In this document: in pieces, positions 1 to 15,103 of the stretch
Layout: every line of letters starts with the position of its first letter
Numbering within the stretch: the stretch's first letter is position 1
NCBI GenBank assembly: GCA_012026655.1
Contig: JAAILG010000009.1
Location: 1-64,000, forward strand
Direction of reading: 5' to 3'
Source of the DNA: Hydrolagus affinis
Lineage: Eukaryota
DNA: 64,000 nucleotides
The notes under the pieces: model-generated
Databases searched by the model: none
What the model was told of the DNA's origin: nothing
Seen by the model: the letters and a program-made list of their open reading frames with translations, nothing else
Position numbers and translations under genes: made by a program

Positions 1-3000
1 CCCCACACCAATACACACAACACGACCATCACCAGCCTCTGTACCTTTCAAATATTAAAATAGATTCCCACAAACCGAATGTGCTGGCTAAGCAGAAACC
101 CTCTCCATATCTGGGTTATGTATTTTTAACTGGAATCTGCCTTACCATTTAGGGATCTGGACAGGCACAGACAGCCGTTCTGCACCAAAGGATTAAATTA
201 CTTGGGGAGATCTTGAGACACTTATTATCAGTGAAAGGCTCCTACAAACACCCTTGAGGTTCTAGACAGATAATGTTACATAGTTAAACATTCTCCCGAT
301 GCAAGGTATCTGAAGCTGGAAATTTTTGACCATCGTCTTTTAACATTTGACAAAATGCAACATTTTCAAGTTCAGTCTAAATTTTGGAACAGATTTGGGA
401 GACCAGTTTTCCAAACAGAGATTCGATTGAATAGTTTTCCATAATTCTTCGTAATCTGAACTGTTAAAGCCGTTTAAGATTACTTGCTTCACTCCTCCCC
501 ACCACCCCCCTCCACCCCCTACCCCTACCCACCACATACACACCTCTGCAGCACTATCACTGGCCAAGTTTTCAGCCTTTACCTTCCAACTTTCCTGTAC
601 CCATCTGCACACCATCCACCCCATCTGTCTTTAAACCAAATGTAAAATCTACTTATTTGACTCTGCCAACTGTCACCCTTCCCTTCATTTGATCTTGTTT
701 TATGTGATACTCTCCAAGGCATTATTCTACACAAAGGAAACTGTATAAATCAAGTTATTGATTTATACAATGACTGTCCAGCACCTTGGGACATCCTGCT
801 GACATGAAAGGCACTATACAAGTGTAATTTTTGTTGTTGTTGATTGTTGTTCTTTAGGCTAGGAGCATGTGAAATTTTGAGGCCTCTTTTCATAGCTTGG
901 CGGGTGTGCGGCCATAAGTAGAGGAAGGTTTTCAGGTGGGACTTGAAAAAGGGGAGAGCGAGGGCAAGGCGGAGAGATTGACAGCGTGTATTCCAGTGTT
1001 TCGGGGCAAAGTGGCTGATGGTGCAACCTCCGACGGTGGGGTGGAGGGTGCGAGGGACGATAGGGAGGCGGGCAATGTGACAGAGGTAGAAAAGGTTCTG
1101 ATTGAAATAAATATATACATTCACATTCACACATACATTCACATATATGAACACACTGCTGAGCACACGTTTTCTTATTACTGAATAAGATCCATTTTGT
1201 TTGCAATCACCAGCCTCTGGCATTTGTTGCAGCAGCTTATTTGACTGTAAATTTTAGTGTAGCAATGTCTCACAAACAGCCATTCGGTGAAATTATCAAA
1301 TTGATCTGAAGGATTGCAGGTTAGCTCTTTTTGAATAGTAACACAGGATATTTAACACACAGATTTGACCTCAGTTTAAAACTTCATCTGGAATCCTCCA
1401 CTGCAGCATCGGTGGTGAGGAGGAGTGAATAAGTTCCTTCAGCCACTACGCCCCGAAACTTTGGAACTCCTTCCCCCAAATCCCTTTGCTTCACCCCCTC
1501 CTTTCCCATCTTCAGGTTGCGCCTGAAGAACTTTCACTTCGAACACATTTAGCGTCACTTTCTCCCTCCCCCTGGCTCGGCTTCGGGCTCCGACATTGTG
1601 AAGCACTCTGACACGCTGCCCAGCGTGGAGGGCGCTATACAAATGCAAGTTTTTGTTGTTTGTACATTGCTGCACACTGAGCCAGACTGAGTTGAAAGCA
1701 TGAGATGTGTAAATAATGTGCTGATTGCATTATTTCTTAACAGATGATATTAATCTTATGTTTCTTAACAGATTAGGTCAATCAAATCTGCTAATTAATC
1801 AAATTAATTTTCATCCAAGCATCACAAACTGGTCTAATTGTACCAATATAAAGTTATTAATTTCCGCTTTTCCCCTCCCCTGAACCAATGTTAGTTCAGC
1901 ATTCTCCTAGGACATGCCAACAACTATTTGCTAAAGCACACACTTCAGGAATCAAATGAGCAATATACAGTACCACAAATTCACTTCACAGAAAATACAC
2001 GTGGAAAAACATTAGTTACAAATGCCAAACCTCTTCTCAGTCTGAATCAAGATCCTACCGTTTTCTATCACAAGATGCTACCGTTTTCTACAGCTGCAAA
2101 TAAAATGTTCTCTTCACCCACACCAGACTTAGGCAAACAATTCACCCAATGTATTAAATCATTTTCACTCTACAGATGCCGGATGCACTGTGACTAAACA
2201 ATGCTCTGCTCTCTGCTCATTCCTTGACTTCTTCATGACATCATCCTGTAGGCCAGCCTCACAATGATCCCCCTTCAACTCAATCTGGCACACAGATTTT
2301 GTTTCTCTTAAAGATCTGCAATCATAAGAGCAGGCAATTACCTTTATAAGAGAATGTTGCATGTTTCAACAAGAAGAACAACTTATTTATATTATGCCCT
2401 TCACACAGGCCAGCGTCCTGGAGCTTTTCAGAGTGAGAGAGAGAGAGAAAAAAAGTAGAGGGCAAAACACTAATATTTCATGTTTACAATGCCTTCAAAG
2501 GTTACCTGTACTCTCAAAATTGTAAATGTATAATTGAATTCATTTCATACTGACTAATATGGGAAGGAAATAGTATTTAAGGGAAGGGAGGTTTCCCAAT
2601 CATTGTGGCCAACAACACTTGGCATCAGTTGGCATCTTGGTAGTGCCAATGCTAGTCTTCAAATAACAAACACTACAGTTGCATCTAATTAATTATCTGT
2701 GAAGTGTTCTGTGATTTTGTGACATGATAAGGCAGCATAAACAGTTGTTTCTAATATAGTAGATTATATATACTGTATATATATTTTTAAAAGATTGGAG
2801 AAGAAGGCATGCTCCGAGCACATTCATCTTATAAATACTTTAATGTTCATCACAGTAAAGTGGTAATTGCTAAAAATGTTACATTATCTTTTTTGTTTAA
2901 AATGTGTCCTGTTCTTTCCTCCTCTCCCAATACTTGTTGGTTACTGCTTCCATTCCCATAGACATCCGAGTAGAGCAATCTACACACACAGACAGTAGTT

Positions 3001-4454
3001 AGATATCAATGTCAAGTGCTTCTTCATATGAGGAACTGCATATGTTAAAACCTAATGGGCAGAAAGAAATAATAAGTGTTTTGCTCTCCATCTGGTTCTC
3101 AAGCAACAAGTAGCTTAAGGAAGGAATTGCGACTTAAATCAATTATTTTAAAAAAAATTAAACAAAAGTAGCAGCCAACAAGTAAAACCACTGAAAAATC
3201 TCTATTACTCTATTAATATTACAGAGGGTCTTTATAATAAATTGACATGATTTTTCACTAACTTTTGTCAGTTGCAATTCGAACAGCCCATATCTGTTAT
3301 AACAAATTCGAACAGCCCGAAACGAAACTCATTTGTACACTTGGCCACAGTAGTGCAGGAATCTACATTTTGATTCAAAATTAATTGCCGCTAAATATGC
3401 TGCAAGAATGGATTTTCCTGCTGGAAAAATGTTTATAAATTTTCCAGTGACGCTGTCAATTTAAACCAGGCCAGTAATCAGGGTGCATTGACCTCGCAGA
3501 TCTACTTTTACAGATCTACTACATCACTTTTTCTTTAACCAATATTTTCATCTAAATGGTCATATCTGTATATCACAGAACAGAACATTTTATTGATGAT
3601 ACATGTTATGTACAACTACCAGACAGTCGCCCAGACACTGGTAACTTCAGTGCTCATGGATTCATTGATTTTGCCTAATCATATTTTATACAGAAAATTT
3701 CTTTCTTTTCTCTGCTGAAACATTCTACATTAAGTGCATTTTTCCTGCATATATTCTTGCATTTGTCTACATTTCATTTGTAAACATATCATCCACATCA
3801 TATGTGGTATATTGGTTAGAACACTTCCTCGCAAGCAAGAAAACTCAGGTTCGATTCCCAGGTGGGGCAAAATCTTAGGTACAATTCCTGACTCCATACG
3901 CCTCTGTTTACCTAGCAGTTAGTAAGAAATTGGTTGTTAGTCGATTGGTATGTGTGTGTTGGAAGGAATCCTTTACGGATGTTGGATGTATAGGGTAGAT
4001 AGACTCCCTGACTGTAACTATAGCTTTGTTTCCTTATGTACATTTGACACAGAATGAGCTTTCCATATGAAATTTAAGCAAATCCCAATTTAGGCACACA
4101 TGAGGAGATTTCAGGCCTGGTTTTCAAGGGAGGATCTTGCAAAGCACGTTTTTGAATTCATCCCTGAATCCGGAGGGGAATTCCATCCTAATCTCTTGCA
4201 TTTCTTCTTGTAAACACCAGATGATTCATGACCCATGCAAGATGTGAAAACTACAATGTTTTATAGGCAACGTGACAATTAATCACACACACGTTGGTAA
4301 ATGGTAATTATCGGCATTTTGGGCTGCATGAGTTTCTGCAGCATCTGGTGATTAAACTGCAAAATGACTGAAATTAATCGTGAAATAAGAAAATACACAT
4401 ATTCAACTGCTGGTGCAGCTCAATGAATTTTGTAATCACTCTTACGCGTATGCC

Positions 4455-4665
4455 AGCGTGGCATAGTTAACAGCACTCTTGCCTCTGAGCCAGAATATTG
4501 TGGGGCTTTAAGCCCCACTCTCAAACTCATATCGTCTTGACCGACACTCCAAAGCAGTGCTGGCATGTGCTGTGTTGTTGGAGTTTCTGAGCTTCAGATG
4601 AGTCAGTAAACATATGGCCCTATTAGCCTGTTCAGGTGGATGTTAAAGGTCTCATAGCACTATTT
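4455..4665 (+). mobile_element. DeuSINE-like (SacSINE/AmnSINE-type) central domain
   Basis: cactcttgcctctgag...cttcagatgag...ttcaggtggatgttaaaggtctcatagcactattt resembles the Deu domain from memory; related copy at about 53475-53640. Confidence 0.55.
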
Positions 4666-7081
4666 ATAAAAATAATCCTTGCGTTTGATACAGCATGTCT
4701 TCGCCACATCTCAGAGTGCTTCACAGAGTATAGACGGGAATTTTTCCAGTACCCTGGCCAACAATCTGCCAATGAAAATGGTCATTCATTTTATGGCTGG
4801 CGAATGGTACATTGCAATGCGCAAACTGGCGAATTTTGTGCACTCGCCCACAAAATACACAGTCACTATACTTTACAGTAAACCATGTGAAGTGCGTTGA
4901 GACATCTTCCTGGTGTGAAAGGTACTATACCAATTGGTTACTACATTTGTAAAAAGGAGGCAAATTTTTACATTCAATCTTTATTTGTTACCTGGTTTTC
5001 TTTTTAAGAATTGCAGAAAAGTGCCTTGTGAGTTACTTAAGAATTTTCCATAGGCCTTACATTTCAAGATAAATTGATCTTACAGGCAAAGTGCTTTACA
5101 TAGATGGTGCTGTATACTGAATGTGGATGCTAGGGAGAAAGGAGGAGGGAAGTGACCATAGGTACAGTTGAATTAGTAGTTTTAAGGAGGCTTTTAAAGG
5201 CAGAGAGAAAGAATGTGAGGTGGTAGGTGACATAACTGAGCAGACTAGAGATACACATACAAAGTGAAACAGTGGCCATTGAAGAGCTATCCTTATGTGC
5301 ACAGCTCAGTGTTTTTTCTGTCCTTTTCCATTGACAAGCGTCCTCATACTGCGGTGATGATGGTGCCTCCATCACCACTTGATTGTAATCTGCTAACTCA
5401 GCACTGGCCAGAAATGGACCAAATCCAAGGCACGTATTTATTAAAGAGATACATTTTGTGACAGTGGGTGAAAGGATTGTGGGAATGGCCATGATACTAA
5501 AGTTATTTATCTATTTTGCAAACCATTTCACGCTTTTGAAACGTCTAGAAGACATAAAAAGCGCTATATCAAATGCAAGGATTCTTATATATTATTCATT
5601 TCCAAACTCCTAGCATTGAATAATTTAATTTTATGAAGGTTAAATGATAGAAATCAAAAACAAATACAGCTATTGAAGCATAACCATCACATGGAGGTTA
5701 CTAAAGTGTATTTTAAGATGCAGACAACCCATGAAGGTCGTAGTTAATGTCACTAATAATCTAATTAGGAATAATGCATGCTCAAGACAGGTGATTGTCG
5801 ATTGAATTTCATACAAAGTACTGTGAGAAAACATGGCCTAACTATCTGTCAGTCAGTGCCTGGGAAAAGGCTTCATTTACACTTTTACAAGGTGGACACT
5901 GGCATACCCACCAGTCCTCTAATCTCTTGTAAGATCAGCAGAAATTTGCCTTGCAAATTAAAAAATTGTAAATTTGGTAGTATTTGAATTGAAGCATGAA
6001 AGACCAAAAAGAAAGGGGAGTTTCACTGGGTTTCCTGTAATAATCCAAATTAAAATGGACATTCATTTTGATGGATGTTTTGTGGGACATCGCTGTGTAC
6101 AATTTGGCTGCCGTATTTACCCACAAAACATACGGTCACCCTACTATAACCTTTGAAGCTCTTTAAGATTTTCTCCATGTGTCAAAGGTGCTGTGTCAAA
6201 CGTTACCATTGCTATGAAGACACCAGCCTATTTAGCCAATATTAAACGGGACACAGAACCTACTTTGAAGCCATTTATTTGAAGTCATTTTTAAATAAAT
6301 TTCAACTTCTCATTGTTAATTTCAGGTTTAAAATGAGGGCTATATTTAAGCAGTTGCAACATTCTGGATGTTCTAAAATGCGACATAAATAGAGTAAATC
6401 TCAACCTCTGTGGAATTTCTGCCACCTAGTTTAACAAGCCTTTAGATGAGCCTCTGAAACCTATGAAAATGGTCTGGTGGAACTCAAATGATTTTGTCTG
6501 TCTTATATCAATCTTACCACTGGGTGGCAGCAACAAACAGTGAAATCACTTCTATTGTGTAATACAGTATATAGTACTGTACTAGCCAGCAGAACAAGAC
6601 CAAGTTTGGCACAAAAGTTGCAGAAGAGAAACAGGATAATCTGATGAGATGATAGGAGGTTCCCCTGTTAAAGTCAGGAAAATGCAACCCTCCAAACTAG
6701 CAAGAGCCAGAGTAAGAGTTCGACTCAAAGACTAAATATGCCTTTCACGTCGGGGGGAATGTCATTAAGTGTTTCAAAGGATTTACAGCAGTGACTGTGT
6801 TTTGTGGGTGAATGTGGCAGCCAATTTCTACAGAGCAATGTATCACCAAACAACGATGAAGTGGATGACCAATTTAATTTGAGAGATTGTTAGCCAGAAT
6901 GCCTAGTGAAACTCCCACCTCTTTTTGATCTTTTTTGATTAACGTGAGCATTTATGCTTAAATCCAAATGTTACCATTTATCATGTCATTGAGACGTTTC
7001 AAAGCACTTCACAGAATATACTAAACAGGCCCCTGATAATTCAACCCTGCCATCATTTGTCACTATCACCTAAATCATCAT

Positions 7082-7389
7082 GGAGTCCCGTAGCTCAGTG
7101 GTTAGAGCATTCGCCTTACGAGCGAGAGACCTGGGTTCAATTCCAGGCAGGCAGGGTGAAACTTTGGGTAAGTTTCCTTATTCCACATGCCGAATAACAA
7201 TCCTTCAAAAAATAAATTGATCGTTTCAATCCATGACTGTGGGACACCGATGTGTGAAACTGGCTGCCATATTTTTCCCACAAATATACAGTCAATTCAC
7301 TTGTTAGTATATTCTGTGAAGCGCTTTGAGACATCTAAGAAGATGTGAAAAGTGCTGTATCAAATGCAAGGATTATTATTATTATTATA
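7082..7389 (+). mobile_element. tRNA-derived SINE with LINE-like tail
   Basis: A box TAGCTCAGTGGTTAGAGC, B box GGTTCAATTCC, shared body, (att)n tail. Confidence 0.85.
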
Positions 7390-7695
7390 ATGTTGTCAAT
7401 ATTCTGGCTCCATTTGTTTATGTTAAGGACATATCCACTCAGGATACCTCAGAGCCCCTTTCCCTTGGGAGTGAGGAGTGATCAGCAGTTTACTCTGCAG
7501 GGAGATTGCAAAGAGAAAAAGACCTGTCATAACAAACAATTGACTTTGTCTTCGCAAAGTGGATTCTAGGATGTACACACGACCTTGTCTCCGCTTCTTT
7601 GATTCTCTGCTATTGATTTACCTCCTTTCAGATCTGATGTTTTGCTCTGATTAATTTTGCGACTACATTTTCCTCTTGGTGTTGTATACTGTGCG

Positions 7696-7968
7696 GTCGT
7701 GTGGCACAGTGGTTAGCTCGCTCGCCTTTACAAGCCAGAGTGCTCGGGTTGGGTTCGCAGGTGAGGCAATACCACAGGCAAGTTTCATGCCTCTGTTTAG
7801 CGGGAACCCGGTTGTTAATCAATTGGGGGGGTACTTCTGCACGCTGTCGAGTTTCGCCCACAAAATGCACAGTCACTACACTTCACAATATATCCTGTGA
7901 AGCGCTTTGAGATGCCTCAGCGATGTGATAAGGCGCAGTACCAAATGCAAGGGTTACTATTATCATTA
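7696..7968 (+). mobile_element. tRNA-derived SINE copy
   Basis: Degenerate tRNA head and the same tgtgaagcgctttgagatg...aaatgcaag tail. Confidence 0.7.
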
Positions 7969-8574
7969 TTCGGAGAATCATAGAATCTTACGGCACAAAA
8001 GGAGGCCATTCGATCCATCGAGTCTGTGCCGGCTCTTTAAAAAGAGCAATTTAATCCCACTCCCCAGCTCTCTCCCCATAACCGCGCAAACCCGTCCTCC
8101 CCAAATAAGTATAAATGATTATTATCACTTTAGTGGAAAAAGGTCTGGCTCCTTTCTTCCCTGATGTGTTTTCCTTTTGGCTCTGATTCCCTATTTCCCT
8201 TTTATTTTTCCTTTCTCGCCTTTTCCATGTGTTGGGTCTCTATCCTTCCTCCCTCCCTCCCTCCCCCCCACCTATCTATCTATCTATCTATCTGTCTGTC
8301 TCTTCTCATCCATTTATTCTCCTCCTTCCTTTTCCTTCCTCTCTTTCTCTCCCTTCTCCTCCTGCTTTGCCCCTCCTGGGTCGGTTGGTGTCAGTGCTGA
8401 GTGAGGAACAGCAGAGGAAAGTTGGAGGAGCAAGTCGTGGCCAAGATCCGGAAAGAGCCAAGGCAATAATAATATGCAAGGCAGAGCCGATTAACCGGGT
8501 TAAAGCGAGAGCAGCCGAAAAGAGCCGAGGAAACAGGGATCAAAGCTTTACCAACACTATCTTCTTCACCATCA

Positions 8575-8835
8575 GAGAGACAGATAGACAGACACACACA
8601 GAGGCAGGGAGAGAGACAGACACACACATCTAGGCAGAAAGAGAGAGAGACACACACACACACACAGAGTGACAGAGACACACACACAGAGAGAGACAAA
8701 GACCGAGAGAGACACACAAAGACAGAAACACAGAGAGACACGGAGAGAGTGAGAGAGGGAATGAGACAGGAGAGAGACACACACACAGAGAGACACACAC
8801 ACACACAGAGAGACACACACACAGACACAGAGAGA
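8575..8835. repeat. Compound (GA)n/(CA)n microsatellite
   Basis: Directly visible; a (TC)n-rich partner tract lies at about 9115-9250. Confidence 0.9.
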
Positions 8836-10549
8836 GGCAAACGCTGGCAGCCAACTTTGCTGTAAACATTCCTCTCTCCTCCCTGCCGGACGATGTGAAG
8901 GTTCCTAGAGTTAAAGCGGCAACTCAAGAGCCATTTTAGTCCCCAAAACTTTAGACCAAACACTTCTCTCTCTCTCCCTCTCCTCCAACTCCTCGTCCCC
9001 ACAATCTTCGCCTTGTTTTATCCCCTGGGGGAGAGGTGGGGGGTGGGGGGTTAGTTTGGAAGCGATCGTGGAGTGCGACACCCTTCCCAGGTCAGAAACT
9101 CCAGAGCAAACCTCTCTTTCTCTCTCTCTATCTGTCTCTCTGTGTCTGTCTCTTATTCTCTCTGTGTCTGTCTCTTACTCGCTCTGTGTCTGTCTCTCTC
9201 TCTCTTTGTCTGTCCGTCTCTCTCTCTCTCTCTCTCTGACACACACACACTTTGGTGGAACTGGTGGTGTGTTTGTTTTTGTAGATTTATTTGGCGAGGA
9301 AATCAGGGACTGGGAGTTTAAACGGTTGAAAGACGCCATGATGCAGTTTGCATGTTGGTTGGGAGTTAGTTAAAGGTTAGTTACAAAGTGCTCTCTCTGT
9401 CTGACCCAGTTTGCACAGCCACCACAAATCTAATTCTGCTTTAATATCTGTGGCTTAATATGGGGGTGACACCAAAATGATTAAAGGGGTGAGGGGTGGG
9501 GGGTAAAGACTTTTTCTCTCAAGTAACAAGTCCCCGGGGACTGTTTTTACTTGTTCAGAAGGAAAGGAAGCAAGTCAAGGAAGGAAAGAAACTGGAATGG
9601 GAATGTGTGTGTGTGTCACTTCTGGAAAACATGCATAAGGAATGTGCATTCTCGACTGAGATTTATTTACATGGTTCGACTGAGCATCAGATGGCCAACA
9701 AAACCTTTTTAGTGATTGTATTTGGGTTGAAGTGTCTATTATTCCACCTGAAACTGGCCATTTCTGGGGTGAGGGGAAGGGGTGTAAGGATGTGAGGCGA
9801 TGCTGTGGGTGTTGGTTGGGCAGGAGTTGTCATTCCTGACATGAAAGGCACTATACAAATGTAATTCTGTTGTTGTTATCGCCACTTAAAGGCATTGAAA
9901 GCTGTGACCAATTGGGATTAGTCCAGGCGAGAGATAGTGGAAACTGTTTACAGTCTTTAGAGATTTCTTCCTGGCTTCCTCCCTTCCCCCCCCCACCGCC
10001 CACACACATGTTGTTGGAGTATGTAGAGATTGATCTCAGCTGTCATGGCACTAGTTATTTTTCGGTCAGCCGGGTGTCTTGACACATACAAAAGCATGAG
10101 TATCCAAACTGAGATTCTGTCCCTTGAATGGAATACTAGCCACCTGATGCTCCCCCACTATCTGGCCTCACTCTGTTTCCCCTCAGTTAAGAGTATTTTT
10201 AGAAGACGGATTTTGACCCGGAACGAAATGCCAGCCAGAGTAATTTCCATCGGGAGGTTTCAAGAGGAGAACATCAACAACAACTTGCATTTATATCATT
10301 AATAATCCTTGCAATATATATAGTACCCCATCACAATGTTGCAATGATTTAAAGTGCTTCAGCGCCTTGGGACATCCTCCCAACATGAAAGGCGCTCTAT
10401 ATATGTAATTTTGTTTGTTTGTTTGTTTGTGTTTTTTCATAGAATGTACTATAAAGTGATTCACTGTGTGTTTTGTGGGCAAAATGATATGTTTCCCGGG
10501 CTCATATTGGCAAGAGAAACTACTAACCCTGGAAAACAATAGTATTAAT

Positions 10550-10857
10550 GATAATCATTGCATTTCATATAGCGCTTTTCACATCTTCTAGACGTCTCAA
10601 AGTGCTTCACACTATATATAGTGTAAAGTGAATTGACTGTAATTTTGCAAGTGAAATGCAGAAGTGAATTGCACACAGCAGTGGCCCACAAACAGTGGTG
10701 GATTGAATGACCAGATTATTATTTTAGTTTTCTTCTTGAGGGATTATTAGCAGGTATGTGGAGTAAGGAAATTTACTTGCCCAAGGTTTCATCTTGCCGG
10801 GAATCGAACCCAGGTCTCTCACTTACAAGGAGGGTGCTCCAACCCCTGAGCTACAGG
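10550..10857 (-). mobile_element. tRNA-derived SINE copy
   Basis: Reverse complement of the family consensus (ggaatcgaacccagg...ctgagctacagg). Confidence 0.8.
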
Positions 10858-11725
10858 CATCAAAATAAGATCAGTTATTGCTCTGTTGTTTTCAGACATT
10901 TGAAGTTATTTTGGTAGCTTGAACCAGTGAATCAGTTTCAGGTCAGTGACTGTGGGGCTTGTGAAAGTGAAGAAAACAAGTTCAAAGGAAGGGGAGTCAC
11001 AAAAGAAAGTAAACATTTACCACCTTATCACTGGAAACATCTGACTAATGGTTTTTGGAGGGCAGCATTAGCAGTTGTTTCTGCCAGCAAAGCCCGACAA
11101 ACAATAGTATAATAGTAATAATCCTTGCCTTTGATATAGTGACTTTGGTATTTTTTTCAAGTGTTGATAGCACCAATCGATTACACTGCTTTGTGTATTG
11201 GAACACGGTGAAATGGTTGGGGAGCTGCAGGTGGAGATTAAGGTCAGGTAGTACAATGGTGAATTTAAGCTTTTCGAAGGGATGTGAGTTTGAGCAAATG
11301 ATTGAATAGAAAAATGTAACAGCCATAAATCTTCCCATACTTTGAAGTTACTATAATGCTGCTGGATCAATGAAATGTTTCAAGACTGGAGTGGATTCTT
11401 AGTTCAAGGGGCATCAAGGTGATGTGGAGCAAAGGTGGGTAACTGGGGTTGATGGGGTTGTTGTCAGCCATAATCTAATAGAATGATGGAACACGCTCTC
11501 GGGGCAGAATGGCCTACTTCAGTGAAAAGACGCTTTACAAATGTAATTTTGTTGTTGTTGTTCCTATGCCACTCACTGCTCCCTTGTGTTTTCCGGTGCT
11601 TGGGGTTTTAAGATGTGGCACAGTCGAACATACCTCTTGACTTCAAATGTTGCCGGGCGTAATGTTAACACAAAGCCTGGCTGGCTCGATTGATTCTGTG
11701 CATTTCGCAGGGCTCGGTGCGTGGC

Positions 11726-11975
11726 ATGGCCTCGAAAATCCTCCACCGGCTTCGAAGGAAGGCCCAAAAAGAGGACATCACGGAGGACACGGCTCAAGAT
11801 TTCCCCGAAGGATCGGAGCTTGAAGACGACACAGAGGGGCTGTCCTCCCGCCTGAGCGGGACACTGAGCTTCGGGGATGCGGACACGGTGGCTGAGGAGT
11901 GGCCCCAGCCCAATGTGGTGGACAGTGACCCTGACTTTTTACAAAGTTGGGAGAGCGGTGGAGTGGAGAACGTGG
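11726..11975 (+). CDS. SNX21: Sorting nexin-21, first coding exon
   Basis: MASKILHRLRRK...FPEGSELEDDTEGLSSRLSGTLSF matches the SNX21 N-terminus. Acceptor tttcgcag ends at 11710; donor G|gtaag after 11975 (phase 1). Confidence 0.93.
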
Positions 11976-14900
11976 GTAAGCGTTTCACTTTAAAGCTTGT
12001 TTTGGTGATGTTGGGTTCTCAAAATTCCAACGATAGTTTCTAGTCTGTTAATATTGATTCTGTGCTGAGGCTCAAAAGGATTCTGGCTTTACAGGTTTTA
12101 TCAGTTAGGCTACACCTATTTTATGTTAATAAGCTTGGCACAATTAACCGACTTGCATAACAATTTGCATGCATATACACAGTCACTACACTTTACAATA
12201 AATTCAGGTGACGTGCTCAGACACATCTCAGAGGCACAATCAGGCGCTATTATTGAGTCCAAGTATTGTTAACATTCTGCGGTAAATTGCAAGTTTATTA
12301 CGTGTTTTTAGATCAACATCCTGTTTTTGGTTATACTGTCTGTTTCTGTCTGCTGTGGGTCTGCTGTGGGTCAAGGCTGCAGATATTAAAGACAGATCCC
12401 AAAGTCTGATTTGCTTGATCACTCATGTAGTGGGGTGTAGGGAGGATCAAGGTAGGCTGTGGTGTTGACGGTGACTTTTGCAGCCGACTTTGGAAGTTGT
12501 GAATTGTCCGAGATGTATTTTCTCTCTCCCCGAATGGGCAATGAGTCAGTGTTCCTGAATGATGTGTACTTGGAATATTGTGTGGGATGTAGAATGGAAT
12601 CCTTTTGGAAGTATCAGGGTATATGCAGCAAGGGTGGGTAGATGGAGAGTGACGTGAGGAAATTTCAGATATTTGTGACTAACACAATTAAGGATCATTT
12701 TGAATTGTTTGCTGGAAGAGCAACTTTTTTTCTTTTTCCATTTGGAGTATGTTTTGTATCTGGGCAGAGTTTCATTGTTTTTCAATGGTTTGGTATGTTT
12801 TCTTTCTTTGTTGTTATAATAATAATTAGATTTCCTTGGGGAAGTTTCCTTACTCCACCTGCCGTTTTTTACCTAGCGGTAACTAGTTTGTTATTCAATT
12901 GGCGAATTGTTTTCTGGGAATAATAATCCATCCCCTAAAAAATGTGGTCACTCACTCCACAGTTGTTTGTGGGATGCTACTGTTCACAATTAGTTGCAGC
13001 GTTTCACCCTCAATATACACAGTCAATCCACTTTACAGTATATTCTGTATAGTACTTTGAGACATCACAATGACTAAAAATCAAATGCGCTATATCAAAC
13101 AGAAGAATTAGTATTATTATTAGCAGGGATTGCTTGTTCCTGGTCTTGAGTGCGAGTCCTGACTGACTTTCTCTCCTAACTCTAATCCTTACGAGCCTGC
13201 AATTATAGAGTAATCACCGAATCCCCTCAACACTGCTCCAGTTCGGATCAGATAAGAGATTAGATCAGGATGTGGGCCCACGACCTAGTGTTGACATTGT
13301 GATGTGGAGCTGACAGTACAAAATGCAGCCTGTGTCAGTGCAAGGCCAGCAGTCTAGTGAGGGGAGCTCAGTGGTGGTAAGGGACTTGTATTATAATCTA
13401 CGTGCCAAGTGTCAGATGGGTGTTATTATAATCCCTCAAGGCAGTGTTATTTGGTGTTTGTGGATCACACTTCTCTAAAACAGAAACCAGTGTGAAACCA
13501 GGTTAAAGATAATCAGTGGTTAGTTGCTGTCTGATTTAAAACCAATTGATACTGTATTCCTTGGTATTGCAGAGGAATGGCTGTGTGCGTTTACAGAGAA
13601 AACCACATAAGCTGGGAGGGCAAAGAGAATCATTGTGGATGGAACAAAGCTTCCCTTGTATCTAAAGCAGATCACAGCGTTGTTTCCCCATATCTGCTGT
13701 CAGTTCGGGGAGTGGAAGGGGATGCATTTTGTCCTGTACGTTTCTGTCGGTTGCTAATATTTGCAAAGAGACATGTGATTTTAACAGGATATAAAGAAAG
13801 CCAAGCTGTTTGTGTGGACAAGGCAGAAATACAGAGGCACCAGGTAGGACTGAAATTAGTAAATAAATCAACAACAACAACAACAAAATTACACTTGTAT
13901 AGAGCCTTTCATGTCAGGAGGACGTCCTAAAGCACCAAAACACATTTCACGTAAGATTATTTCTCCCAAGTGCTTCACCAAGGAAAGGGAAGGAAAGAGA
14001 GTTTGAGGCTGCCCACCAAAGGCTTGGCCAAAGGAAACTTAAGAGGGTTTTGAAGATGTGGAGAAAAAAATGCAAAGGTGAATAGTAGAGTGGGTCAGTC
14101 AATGACTCTTAACAGCCAAGCCTACTGGAGATGTAGCAACGGCTCAGAGTGTAAAGTGCATCCGTAAAGCAGGAATCTAGTGTCAGCAATCAGAATTCAG
14201 AAACCATTCTTGCAGTTTGTAACTATCGTTCGTTCCTCCGTGTCTTCAAATCTGAATGTGTTGGTTCCACAACTGCTGGTTGTACCCGAGCACAGAGCGC
14301 ATGGCGCAGGCTTCAGGATTGGCAGATTGTAAAGATCAGAGAGTGTTCGAAAATGCCGTGGAGAAGGAATGATCGCACCAAATGTGCCTGATGTTAACAC
14401 CCAACTTTGGGTGTTGGTTGTTGCTGTTTCTCCTTTTACCAAATGTTATACTTTTTCATTTACTATGGTTATATTGTTGGGTGACGAGTAACATTTATTG
14501 CAAAAGGTGAACAATGAAACTGAGCGCTTTGAGATGTCCTCTTCATGTGAAAGGTGCTACTTCAACGTGCTCTCGTTGTTGCAAATTATATATCAATGTA
14601 AATCGTAATGAAGTTGACAGCCCTGTGGGTGCCATTGAGGAAGGATATAAACTGTGGTTGATAACATGTAGAAGTTCCCTGTGAATCATGCACAAAGAGG
14701 GGATCAGACACAAAGGTTGAGGCAGCAATATGGAGTTCACAATGATCTATCATCACAGCAAACCTCAGCTAATTTATGTTTTTAATGCTGTACTTAGTGT
14801 TCTTTGAGAACGTTCAGTCGTGTTTGCTTTGTGAGCACATCAACTGCCTGCTGGTAGCCAGTCCGCTGTGTTTTGGGTGTAATCTCCCTAGTCAATGGTT

Positions 14901-15103
14901 AATGATTGTGTTGCAATTGCTGTGGGGGGTTTTGTGGTTGCTCTGTGATAACAGCTGATATCAAAGGAGTGCCACAGTCAATGTGTGTACTTTTAACAGT
15001 ACTCTTCTTTACCGTGTAAGCCTTTAGGTAAAGTTCACTAAGAGTGAACCCACTTTACATTTCAAGTACTTGTTCCCCCCCAAATAATGTTTTGTCCCCT
15101 CTT

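Noticed and set aside
7082-7155. tRNA-like sequences (also at 55805, 41938 and about 10800)
   Set aside because: They have A and B boxes but no clean acceptor stem, and each continues into a shared SINE body and tail, so they are SINE heads rather than tRNA genes.
8552-8572. Possible mini first exon on the - strand (ATG GTG AAG AAG ATA GTG TTG|gtaaag) and a candidate exon near 2165-2284
   Set aside because: I do not recognise the peptide and cannot build a supported gene model; needs transcript evidence.
8164-9373. Many overlapping ORFs rich in L/S/V/C
   Set aside because: Translations of (TC)n/(TG)n microsatellites.
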